A stretch of 64,000 bases of DNA from an uncultured Methylomirabilota bacterium (GTDB lineage: Bacteria; Methylomirabilota; Methylomirabilia; Methylomirabilales; 2-02-FULL-66-22), in assembly GCA_963845565.1 (NCBI GenBank), contig CAWJSJ010000002.1:1056001-1120000 (forward strand). Direction: 5' to 3'. Of the stretch, positions 1-8,423 are shown piece after piece. Position numbers and translations under genes: made by a program. Each line of letters opens with the position of its first letter. Positions within the stretch are counted from its first letter, which is position 1. The notes under the pieces were generated by a model. It was not told the DNA's origin and did not search any database. It worked only from the letters and a program-made list of their open reading frames with translations.

Positions 1-872
1 TTCATGCGCGACGCAAGGAGGGCACCGTCCTGTTCGTTGATCGTGATGAAAATGCGCCCCCGACACTGGATGCGGTCGACCCACTCCGCGTGTTCCTCAT
101 TGTTCGTGTCGGCCGCCACCAGTGCAACGTTGTCAAATAGGAGCACATTCCCGCGGTAGACTGACGATTGCAGTAGATGCTTGAAGAGGTAGTTGCCCAT
201 ACTATGGAGCATCATGTTCACGCTGAACGGACACCAGCGCTCCGCTTGCGCACTGAAGAACCGATCCCACTTTTCGGCGTCGTTGGGAAAACGCAGATTC
301 GCCTCGCGCTCAACGCGACGCACGTGCTCGTCGTGGATCTCCTGCAGATACTCTTGCATTCGCCCGAAACAGCGATCGAGCGCTCCGGTCGACGCAAGGG
401 CATCCCGCTTGTCGCTCTTGTAGCTCACCACGCCGTGCGCACCGCCGCCGTTGGCCGGCCAGGTGAATGCAATGACCTCCACGCCGTAGTTCTTCTCCAA
501 CTGCTCCGCGCGATCCAGCACCGCCTTCACATCGTTGTTGAAGCCGTGCACGAAGAACAGCAAATTCCGACCCTTCGCGGTACCGCCGGTCATCGCCGGA
601 TTCACGCGCGCCAGCACCCTGCGAGCGACGTAGCGGCTCGCGAAGATCGGCTTGGGCTGGTTCGTCTGCGGATCGATCTCCGGTACGAGGCCCACCTCCG
701 CCGCCATCGCGTCGGTGATCTCGTTGGGTAACAGTCTGACGCGCCACGTCCGCCCGGTCCGCGTAGCCTCGGCAAGACGGAGTTCGTTCGGCCCAAGAGC
801 ATTCGGACACGACTTCAAGGCTTCGAGGTCGGTCCGTGATTCATCAACATCGCGATTGGTGACGATGAACAT
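1..872 (-). CDS. DUF900-family alpha/beta hydrolase (3' end runs off the window)
   Basis: Manual translation (absent from the ORF track): MFIVTNRDVDE...LLFFVHGFNNDV...FTWPANGGG...MMLHSMGNYL...ALVAAD. HGFN and HSMG motifs; AGGAGA RBS upstream. Confidence 0.85.
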   Translation of the reverse strand, partial: MFIVTNRDVDESRTDLEALKSCPNALGPNELRLAEATRTGRTWRVRLLPNEITDAMAAEVGLVPEIDPQTNQPKPIFASRYVARRVLARVNPAMTGGTAKGRNLLFFVHGFNNDVKAVLDRAEQLEKNYGVEVIAFTWPANGGGAHGVVSYKSDKRDALASTGALDRCFGRMQEYLQEIHDEHVRRVEREANLRFPNDAEKWDRFFSAQAERWCPFSVNMMLHSMGNYLFKHLLQSSVYRGNVLLFDNVALVAADTNNEEHAEWVDRIQCRGRIFITINEQDGALLASRM

Positions 873-885
873 GGTGGATCTCCTG

Positions 886-988
886 TTAGGAGCCGTTACG
901 AAATAACCTATACATCTCTTTCTATTTCGTTACGGCTCCTTATGCCGTTTCGGAATGTCTCCGCTCAACTAATTCTTTGACAACGGCT
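886..988 (-). mobile_element. 103-bp MITE-like element, family B, copy 1 (two adjoining hairpin modules)
   Basis: AT-rich. Reverse complement matches 54071-54173 at 102/103 nt. Internal IRs GGAGCCGTnACGAAATA...TATTTCGTnACGGCTCC and GCCGTT...AACGGC. Starts at the TAA stop of the lactonase gene. Confidence 0.75.
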
Positions 989-2089
989 TAGTCGAAGCTG
1001 ACGATCTCCACCCAGTTCGAATCCTTGCCCGTCGGGTACTTTTCAAGCAGCGTGAGCGCGCCGTTCGCCTCGATCGCGTAGACCGAGATCGTGTCCGACA
1101 GCTCACCGCTGACGACCATGAACTTGCCATTGGGATCGATGCGGAAGCCGCGCGGCTGCTTCTCGATCGGCGTGCTCGCGAGATAGGTGAGCTTGCCGGT
1201 GGCCGCGTCGACGCTGAACGCGCCGATCGTGCTGCTGGTGCGCTCCGCGGCGTACAGGAACTTGCCGTCGGGTGTCAGGTGCAGGTCGGAGGCCCAGATG
1301 TCGTTCGACACGTCGCGCGGCGTCTGACCCTCCCCGGCCGGGCCGCGCGGCGCGCCCGGCTGGAGCTTGCTGTCCGGCGGCAGGACCGATGCCTCGCTCA
1401 CCTCGCGGAGCAGGCCCGTCTTCTGGTCGAGCGACAGGGTGGTGACCGTGGCCGTCAGTTCGTTCAGCAGGTACGCGAACTTGTTGTCGCCGGAGATGAT
1501 GATGTGACGCGGGCCGGTCCCGGCCTTCATCTGGACGACCGGCGGCGTGTTCGCCGTCAGCTTGCCGGTCTTCGCGTCGAAGCGGAACTGGAAGATCTGG
1601 TCGGTGCCGAGGTGCGGCACGTAGACGAAGCGGTTGGTTCTGTCGGTGATGATGGAGTGTGCATTGCGGGCCGTGGGGATCACCTGCAGTGGCTCGGACA
1701 CCTGGCCGTCCTTGCCGATGGGGTTGACGCTGACCAGGTGGCCGCCGTAGGACGCGCCGAGGAGGTACCGCCCGGTCTTGTCCACGTGGATGTAAGGGAG
1801 ACTCTCGGCGAGCGGTCCCTCCGAGAGCGCGCTTCAGCGCGCCCGTCTTGCGGTCGATCGCGTAGGTGACCACCGTGTAGGGCTTGGCGCGGACCGCGGC
1901 AAAGAGGAACCGCTTGTCCGGGCTGACGCTCATCGGCCTCACCAGCTTGCCCGCCTCGACGCGCCCCCCCGGCTTCAACGTGCCGTCGCTCTCCATCGTG
2001 TACATCCCGATGTCGCCGTCTTCGGCGTTCGACACATAGACATAGGTCGCCGCGTGCGCGGTGCCCCGAGTCGTGATGCGCGCTGACAA
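988..2089 (-). pseudogene. 6-phosphogluconolactonase/cycloisomerase-family beta-propeller, paralog 2; +1 frameshift near 1830, shortened N-terminus
   Basis: ORFs 1103..2089 (N-terminal part) and 988..1785 (C-terminal part) together align along the whole of paralog 1. One extra base in CTGAAGCGCGCTCTCGGAG; may be an assembly error. Confidence 0.8.
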
Positions 2090-2099
2090 GGCAACCTCC

Positions 2100-3239
2100 T
2101 TATTGGGCGAAGCTGACGATCTCCACCCAGTTCGAGTCCTTGCCCGTCGGATACTTGTTCAGGAGCTTGAGCGCGCCACTCGCCTCGATCGCGAAGACGG
2201 AGATCGTGTCCGACTGCTGGCCACTGACGACCATGAACTTGCCATTGGGGTGGATGCGGAAGCCCCGGGGCTGCTTCTCGACCGGCGTGCTCGACAGATA
2301 CGTCAGCTTGCCGGTGGCCGCGTCGACACTGAACGCGCCGAGCGTGCTGCTGGTGCGCTCGGCGGCGTACAGGAACTTGCCGTCGGGTGTCAGGTGCAGG
2401 TCGGAGGCCCAGATGTCGTTCGACACGTCGCGCGGCGCCTCACCCTGCCCTGCCGGGACGCGCGGTACGCCCGGCTTCAGCTTGGAGTCCGGCGGTAGCG
2501 CCGAGGCTTCGCTCACCTCGCTGAGCAGGCCCGTCTTCTGGTCAAGCGACAGCGTGGTCACCTTGGCCGTCAGTTCGTTCAGCAGGTACGCGAACTTGTT
2601 GTCGCCGGAGATGATGATGTGGCGGGGGCCGTACCCGGCCTTGATCTGGACGGTCGCCGGAGTGTTCGACGTCAGCTTGCCGGTTTTTGCGTCGAAGCGG
2701 AACTGGAAGATCTGGTCGGTGCCGAGGTGCGGCACAAACGCGTACTTGTTGGTCTTGTCGGTGATGATGGCGTGCGCGTTGCGAGCGGTCGGGATCACCT
2801 GGTTTTCCGCGCCCACCTTGCCGTCCTTGCCGATGGGGTTGACGGTGACCAGGTGGCCGCCGTAGGACGCGCCGAGGAGCCACCGGCCGGTCTTGTCGGC
2901 GTAGATGTATGGGTGGCTCTCGATGAGCGTCCCCTTCGACACCTGCTTCAGCGCGCCCGTCTTGCGGTCAATCGCGTAGGTGATCGCCGTGTAGGGCTTT
3001 GTGCGGACCGCGGCGAAGAGGAACCGCTTGTCCGGGCTGACGCTCATCGGCATCACCAGCTTGCCCGCCTCCACAAAGGCTCCCTGCTTCATCGTGCCGT
3101 CGCTCTCCATCGTGTACATCCCGATGTTGCTGTCCTCGGCGTTCGACACATAGACATATGTTGCCGCGTGCGCGGCCCCGGCGGCCATGATGAGCAGAGA
3201 CAAGGCGACCCCCTTGACCAGGTTGGCGAATGCGGTCAT
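2100..3239 (-). CDS. 6-phosphogluconolactonase/cycloisomerase-family (Pgl/YbhE-like) beta-propeller with signal peptide
   Basis: MTAFANLVKGVALSLLIMAAGAAHA signal peptide; AHAI, GPRH, DLHLTPDGKFLYAAER and QPRGF motifs. Confidence 0.85.
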   Translation of the reverse strand: MTAFANLVKGVALSLLIMAAGAAHAATYVYVSNAEDSNIGMYTMESDGTMKQGAFVEAGKLVMPMSVSPDKRFLFAAVRTKPYTAITYAIDRKTGALKQVSKGTLIESHPYIYADKTGRWLLGASYGGHLVTVNPIGKDGKVGAENQVIPTARNAHAIITDKTNKYAFVPHLGTDQIFQFRFDAKTGKLTSNTPATVQIKAGYGPRHIIISGDNKFAYLLNELTAKVTTLSLDQKTGLLSEVSEASALPPDSKLKPGVPRVPAGQGEAPRDVSNDIWASDLHLTPDGKFLYAAERTSSTLGAFSVDAATGKLTYLSSTPVEKQPRGFRIHPNGKFMVVSGQQSDTISVFAIEASGALKLLNKYPTGKDSNWVEIVSFAQ

Positions 3240-3377
3240 TGGCTCCCCCTTTCTTCGATCACACAGGTCGGACGGAAGGCTTGGGCAAGGCCGGTTTGCT
3301 GCCGCCCGGGAGCCGGCCCACGTCCCCAGGCGAATCCCAACAGCGCTGTTTCTGGCGCGCGGTTCAGGGATGGGGTG

Positions 3378-3410
3378 AGTATCCGGCGGGCTCGAATCTG
3401 TTGTCAACAG
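3378..3410 (-). promoter_or_regulatory. Putative sigma70 promoter with a palindromic operator over the -35 box
   Basis: Minus strand TTGACA-18-GATACT. Palindrome CTGTTG-T-CAACAG at 3398-3410 resembles a GntR/FadR-type site (inference). Confidence 0.4.
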
Positions 3411-3544
3411 GAAAGGATGGACGGATGAGACGCCCTGACGCGATGCAGATGCTTACCAGGCTTACTCTGGAGCACACAGGGTCCCGCAGCGCCAGACCAC
3501 CGTCCCGCCAACGTGGTGTTGCGAGCACGGAGGGGCGTTCCATC

Positions 3545-3757
3545 CGGACCGTCGCCAGTTTCAGTCCCGGCGGTTTTCCTTGACACGCGGGCGCGGTCTG
3601 CGGTACGGACGAGCCTGCGCAATCGGGGCGGCGGCCCCGAACGTACATGTCTATCGGCTGGCGGAGTGGAGCGAGCGCCGCGCCCGGGGAGGTGATCAAG
3701 GCCGCCGCCAAAACGCTCCACTGCGCCAAGAACAAGGATCGCAATCCGACAGCCGCT
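3545..3757 (+). pseudogene. Decayed C-terminal fragment of a GGDEF diguanylate cyclase
   Basis: Translates as ...SIG...PGEVIKAAAKTLHCAKNKDRN, close to the GGDEF C-terminal consensus TVSIGVA...LIKAADKALYRAKxxGRN. Confidence 0.5.
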
Positions 3758-3758
3758 G

Positions 3759-4895
3759 ATGCCGCTCGACAATCTTCGTTTCACGGTGCTGCTTGCGCTT
3801 TCCCTGCACGCCGCGTTTGCCGGCGTCCGCGTCAACCTGTCGCTGTTCGCGCTCAGCCTGCACGCCTCACCATTCACGGTCGGCTTGATCCTTTCGCTGC
3901 TCGCCCTGCTGCCGACGCTGTTCTCGGTGCACGCGGGACGCATCATCGACCACATCGGCGTGCGCCGGCCGCTCCTGGCCGGCACCGCATCCGTCATCTG
4001 CGGCATTGCGCTCGCCTTCCTCGTGCCGCGGCTCGAAATGCTGTTTCTGGTGAGCTGTCTCGTCGGCTCGGGGTTCATGCTGGTTCATATCGCGGTCAAC
4101 CACATGGCGGGCGGGATGGGCCCGCCGCAGGACCGTGCCATGAATTACAGCCTGCTCGCGCTTGGGTTTTCCACGTCTGGTTTTCTCGGGCCGATGATCG
4201 CCGGCTTTGCGATCGACTGGATCGGGCACCGCCGCACGTTCCTGCTGCTCGGAGGCTTCGCGCTGCTGACGCTGGTCGGATTGCTCGCCCGGCGCGTGGA
4301 GATCCCACGACATCAAGCTCCTGAGCCGACCGGCGAGAAACCGCGCCTGAGCGACTTGTTCAGGAACCGCACGTTGCGCTACGTGTTCCTGGCGAGCGGC
4401 GTGCTGTCGCCGGCCTGGGACTTGTTCACGTTCGTGGTGCCGATCCATGGCTCGCAGATCGGCCTGTCGGCGACGGAGATCGGCATGATTCTCGGCGCCT
4501 TCGGCGCGGCGATTTTTGTCGTGCGTCTGATGGTGCCGTTGCTCCTGCACCGCGTCGGCGAGTGGCGGATGCTGATCGTCGCGATGCTGTCGGCGGGCAC
4601 GACCTACTTCGCGTTCCCGCTGGTCCACGGCATGCCGCTCTTGCTGACGTTCGCGTTCGTTCTCGGCATGGGCCTGGGCGGCGCGCAGCCGATGATCATG
4701 TCGCTGCTCTCCGCCAAGGCGCCGCCGGGCCGCGCCGCCGAAGCCATCGGCGTGCGTTCGCTGATCATCAACATGAGCCAGACCGGGATGCCGCTGCTCT
4801 TCGGGGCGCTCGGTGGGGCACTCGGCATGACCCCGGTGTTCTGGGCCATGGCGGTGTGCCTCGTGGTCAGCGGCACAATCGCGCGAAAGCGGTAG
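3759..4895 (+). CDS. MFS transporter
   Basis: 378 aa with about 12 hydrophobic helices; MFS motif A GRIIDHIGVRR. Confidence 0.9.
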   Translation: MPLDNLRFTVLLALSLHAAFAGVRVNLSLFALSLHASPFTVGLILSLLALLPTLFSVHAGRIIDHIGVRRPLLAGTASVICGIALAFLVPRLEMLFLVSCLVGSGFMLVHIAVNHMAGGMGPPQDRAMNYSLLALGFSTSGFLGPMIAGFAIDWIGHRRTFLLLGGFALLTLVGLLARRVEIPRHQAPEPTGEKPRLSDLFRNRTLRYVFLASGVLSPAWDLFTFVVPIHGSQIGLSATEIGMILGAFGAAIFVVRLMVPLLLHRVGEWRMLIVAMLSAGTTYFAFPLVHGMPLLLTFAFVLGMGLGGAQPMIMSLLSAKAPPGRAAEAIGVRSLIINMSQTGMPLLFGALGGALGMTPVFWAMAVCLVVSGTIARKR

Positions 4896-5065
4896 CAGGC
4901 TGCTGAAAAAGGCCCATCTGCTGCGTTGGAGCGCCTCGCCGCTCGCTGCGGCGTACCCCCAGTACGCCTGGACCCAGCTGCGCTGGGTACCCCGGCCTCC
5001 GGCGTGCCGCCTTGCATCTGGGCCTTTTTGAGCAGCCTGGGAAAAAACGGGTCTTTCAGCATCCT
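4896..5065 (+). mobile_element. Palindromic MITE-like element, family A, copy 1
   Basis: CAGGCTGCTGAAAAAGGCCCA...TGGGCCTTTTTGAGCAGCCTG (inner end 5039) plus outer end TTTCAGCATCCT; follows the MFS TAG stop. Confidence 0.85.
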
Positions 5066-5114
5066 TATGCCGTTTCCGGAATTTCTCCGGTCAAGTTATT
5101 CTTTGAAAACGGCT
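5066..5114 (-). repeat. Diverged half copy of the family B element
   Basis: TATGCCGTTTCCGGAATTTCTCCGGTCAAGTTATTCTTTGAAAACGGCT aligns with 941-988. Confidence 0.7.
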
Positions 5115-5243
5115 TGGCGCCACCCCTCACATGGTGAGAGCCTGAGCGAGGGCGGAATGCGCCTCCGGATCTCGTCCCGAAAGACAGGGGATTGGACTTC
5201 CGCCCGGATGACATTGGGGGCTGTCGGGTCGAAGAGGATAAAC

Positions 5244-5283
5244 CGAACGCCACCCGAGCCGTAACGCGCTCGGGCGGCGTTCG
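5244..5283 (-). terminator. Hairpin downstream of qNor, probable intrinsic terminator
   Basis: CGAACGCCACCCGAGC / GCTCGGGCGGCGTTCG 16-bp stem followed by GTTTA on the minus strand. Confidence 0.5.
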
Positions 5284-5299
5284 TCGAGGAGAGGGGACG

Positions 5300-7600
5300 T
5301 CAGGAGACTGCGGACGGCTGGGCCGAACCTCCCGACCAGCTTGTCACTTTCTGTTGCTGGGGCTCGTAGCTCCAACCGAGCCAGAGGCCCAGGAGGAACC
5401 AGACCAGCGCGAGTGTACCCGCCAGGAACACGGTGTCGCCGACGATCCGGAGCCACCGCAGCGTGACCATCCAGGGGAGCTGCAGGAAGTCCGCGCTTCG
5501 CGCGTACCAGAGGCCGTGCTCCACGCTCGCCCAGGTCTGGGCCAGTCCAACCGGAAGGAGGCTCAGCGCGATCATGAGCGCCAGACCGACGTTCATCGCC
5601 CAGAAGGACGCGCCCAGCCAGCGCTCGCGCCAGGGCCGCTCGCGGGTGAGATGGCGCGCAACGACCAGGACCAGGCCGAGCGCGAGCAGGCCGTAGACGC
5701 CGAAGAGGGCGGCGTGGCCGTGGACGGGGGTGGTATTCAGCCCCTGCATATAGTAGAGAGCGAGCGGCGGGTTGATCATGAAACCGAAGAGGCCGGCGCC
5801 CACCAGGTTCCAGAAGGCCACGCCGACGAAGAACCGGATCGGCCAGCGATAGCGGCGCATCCAGGGGGCCGCGACCTGCAGCCGGCTGGTCCGGTACGCC
5901 TCCATCCCGATGAGCACGAGCGGTACGACCTCCAGGGCGCTGAAGCTCGCGCCCACCGCCATGATGGGCGTCGGCGTCCCGCTGAAGTAGAGATGGTGGA
6001 ACGTCCCCGGAATCCCGGCGAACAGGTACAGGCTGCTCGAGGCGATCACGGCGGTGCCGGCACTGGCCGGCCTGATCAGCTGCATCTTGGCGAAGATGAA
6101 GGCCAGGGCCGCTGTGGCGAAGACCTCGAAGAAGCCCTCGACCCAGAGATGGACCACCCACCAGCGCCAGTACTCCATGACCGAGAGGTGCGTCCGGGCG
6201 CCGAAGAAGAAGCCGGCCGCGTACAGGAGGCCGATGGCCGCGCTCGCCCCGGTGAACATCAGGACCAGGGGCCGCGCGGTGTCCTTGGTTCGGAGGGCCG
6301 GCCACAGCCCCCGCAGCATCAGGCCCAGCCACAGCACCAGACCCGCGAACAGGGCGATCTGCCAGGCGCGGCCCAGATCCACGTACTCGTACCCCTGGTG
6401 GCCGAACCAGAAGCCCGCGTTCAGGCTGAGCTTCTGCTGAATGCTCAGCCACTCGCCGGCGAGGGATCCGACCACGACCAGGAGGAGCGCGCCAAACAAG
6501 GCGTTCACGCCCAGGCGCTGGAACCGGGGCTCCCGCCCCCCGACGGCCGGAGCCAGAAAGAGGCCGGCGGCCAGGAAGGCCGTCGCGATCCAGAAGATCC
6601 CCGTCTGGATGTGCCACGTCCGGGTGAGGCTGTAGGGCAGATACTGCCCCAGCGGGAAGCCGTAGAAGGCCTGCCCCTCCACGGTGTAGTGGGCGGTCAG
6701 TATGCCCAGCCCCACCTGCACCAGGAATAGCCCGGCCACCACGGCCACGTACTTGGCGACGGCCCGCATCGATGGCGTCAGGGTGAGGCCGCTCATCGGG
6801 TCCTCGGCGGGCGGCGTGACCGGTTCCTCCGCGTCGCCCCGGAACGCCATCCACCACACCACGGCGCCCACCCCGGCCAGCAGCACGGTGATGCTGATCA
6901 CGGTCCAGAGGATATTGGCGCCCGTCGGCCGGTTCCCTACCAAGGGTTCGTGCGGCCAGTTATTGGTGTAGGTCACCGTGCTGTCGGGCCGCTCGGTGGT
7001 CGCCGCCCAGCTCGTCCAGAAGAAGAAGTGCGCAAGGACGTCCAGCCGAACCGGATCGCCGACCGCCACCTCCTGCATGGCATAGTCCTCGCGAAGCTTC
7101 CGCAGGGACGGATCGCCGCCGTAGAGCGCCTTGTAATGGGCGGCGACCCGGGTAACGGCCTTCGCCCGTTCGGCGGAGATCGTGACGTTCCCCGTCGCCG
7201 GATCATACGTGTTCCGTCGCATCTCGCCCCGCAGCCGCTCGCGCAAGACGGCCTGCCGGTCGAGGGGCAGCGCGGCGAAGCCCGGCGCGCCCTCCGCTTC
7301 GGCCCAGACGTCCAGCAGGGCCAGCGCCTCGCGATGCAGCCAGTCGGCCGACCAATCCGGAGCCTGGTACGCCCCATGACCCCAGACGGTGCCCATCTGC
7401 TGCCCGCCCGTGGATTGCCAGACCTGCTGCCCGTCCAGGATGCTGTCCCGGGTCATCAGGACGGCGCCGGCCGGGGTCACAACCTTCGTGGGGATCGGCG
7501 GGGCCTGGCGGTACACCTCCCGGCCGAAGAATCCAAGGATCAGGAAGGCGACCAGCAGCGTGCCTCCGAAGACCAGCCAGTGTTTTGTGGTGCGGGGCAT
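5300..7600 (-). CDS. norB: Quinol-dependent nitric oxide reductase (qNor)
   Basis: 766 aa; WGHGAYQAPDWSADWLH, WWVVHLWVEGFFEVF, GTFHHLYF and HGHAALFGVYG, with all canonical His and Glu ligands. Confidence 0.95.
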   Translation of the reverse strand: MPRTTKHWLVFGGTLLVAFLILGFFGREVYRQAPPIPTKVVTPAGAVLMTRDSILDGQQVWQSTGGQQMGTVWGHGAYQAPDWSADWLHREALALLDVWAEAEGAPGFAALPLDRQAVLRERLRGEMRRNTYDPATGNVTISAERAKAVTRVAAHYKALYGGDPSLRKLREDYAMQEVAVGDPVRLDVLAHFFFWTSWAATTERPDSTVTYTNNWPHEPLVGNRPTGANILWTVISITVLLAGVGAVVWWMAFRGDAEEPVTPPAEDPMSGLTLTPSMRAVAKYVAVVAGLFLVQVGLGILTAHYTVEGQAFYGFPLGQYLPYSLTRTWHIQTGIFWIATAFLAAGLFLAPAVGGREPRFQRLGVNALFGALLLVVVGSLAGEWLSIQQKLSLNAGFWFGHQGYEYVDLGRAWQIALFAGLVLWLGLMLRGLWPALRTKDTARPLVLMFTGASAAIGLLYAAGFFFGARTHLSVMEYWRWWVVHLWVEGFFEVFATAALAFIFAKMQLIRPASAGTAVIASSSLYLFAGIPGTFHHLYFSGTPTPIMAVGASFSALEVVPLVLIGMEAYRTSRLQVAAPWMRRYRWPIRFFVGVAFWNLVGAGLFGFMINPPLALYYMQGLNTTPVHGHAALFGVYGLLALGLVLVVARHLTRERPWRERWLGASFWAMNVGLALMIALSLLPVGLAQTWASVEHGLWYARSADFLQLPWMVTLRWLRIVGDTVFLAGTLALVWFLLGLWLGWSYEPQQQKVTSWSGGSAQPSAVS

Positions 7601-7625
7601 GTTGTTCTCCTCTTCGACTCAGGTA

Positions 7626-8288
7626 TCACTCGAATAGGGCCCGGGGAAAGAGCACGTTGTTCTCCAGGTGAATGTGCTCCATCAGCTCGTCGGCCAGGCG
7701 TCCCAGGCGCAGGTAGAGTGCCCGCCAGGTCGGGCAGGCCTCGGGCGGAGCGGTGAGATCGGCGGTGAGCGCACGGAGCCGGGCGAGGGACCGGCCGTGG
7801 TCCTCGTGCTCCTGCTCCATGACGTGGATCGGCCCGCCGGCCCCGTGGCCCCGTCCGGCCCGGATCATCGGGAAGAGGATCTGCTCTTCCTTTGCCAGGT
7901 GGTCGAGCACGGCGGCGTGCATGGTGTGGAGAAGCGCCGTGAGGCCGCGCGGGCAGGACGCCTTGTCGGCGTGAACCTGTTCGACCTTGTCCGCGAGCAA
8001 GATCAGCTCCGGAATCTCGGTGCGGAGGCGCGCGTGATAGTGGTTCACGATGAAGTCCACCAGTTCCGCAACGGAGCGGTTGGCCCAGCGGGTGAGGTCT
8101 CCGCCGTCCTGATCGGCGACCGCGATGGCCTGAAGGATCGTCTCGGGGTTGAGCCCCTTCTCGGCGCAGGCCTCCGTCAGCGGCCGGCGACCGCCGCAGC
8201 AGAAGTCGAGGCCGTTTGCGAGGAACACACGGGTGGCTCCGGGGCGGGTGACGGCGAGATCGGCGAGCGTGACGGTTTGAGCGTTCAT
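7626..8288 (-). CDS. ytfE: Iron-sulfur cluster repair di-iron protein (RIC)
   Basis: LDFCCGG, HLAKEEQILFP, EHEDH and HIHLENNVLFP; AGGAGG RBS before MNAQTV. Confidence 0.95.
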   Translation of the reverse strand: MNAQTVTLADLAVTRPGATRVFLANGLDFCCGGRRPLTEACAEKGLNPETILQAIAVADQDGGDLTRWANRSVAELVDFIVNHYHARLRTEIPELILLADKVEQVHADKASCPRGLTALLHTMHAAVLDHLAKEEQILFPMIRAGRGHGAGGPIHVMEQEHEDHGRSLARLRALTADLTAPPEACPTWRALYLRLGRLADELMEHIHLENNVLFPRALFE

Positions 8289-8316
8289 GGCTTCATCCTC
8301 CTTGCCAGAGGAGATA

Positions 8317-8332
8317 AGCATTGCGAGTGCCA
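8317..8332 (-). promoter_or_regulatory. Sigma54 (-24/-12) promoter of ytfE-norB
   Basis: Minus strand TGGCAC-TCGCA-ATGCT, next to the divergent NorR enhancer-binding protein gene. Confidence 0.85.
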
Positions 8333-8367
8333 TGGAATTAATCCTTCATTTACAGGTAGTTGCTTTT

Positions 8368-8412
8368 CTTGTTATAATTATCAACAACTATGAAGTGTTG
8401 TATCTATTACTA
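8368..8412. promoter_or_regulatory. Putative NorR-binding region
   Basis: GT-N7-AC site GTATCTATTAC (8400-8410) and the imperfect palindrome TTGTTATAATTATCAACAA in the AT-rich spacer. Confidence 0.55.
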
Positions 8413-8423
8413 CGGAGTTATCT

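Noticed and set aside
4604..5264. ORFs such as MLKDPFFPRLLKKAQMQG..., ...ANAADGPFSAAC and the N-terminal extensions at 37445, 55465 and 26017
   Set aside because: They are translations of the family A element. The real genes have downstream starts with an RBS or a family-typical N-terminus.
5300..7600. qNor as an NO dismutase (Nod)
   Set aside because: The canonical non-heme iron His ligands and the catalytic Glu are intact.
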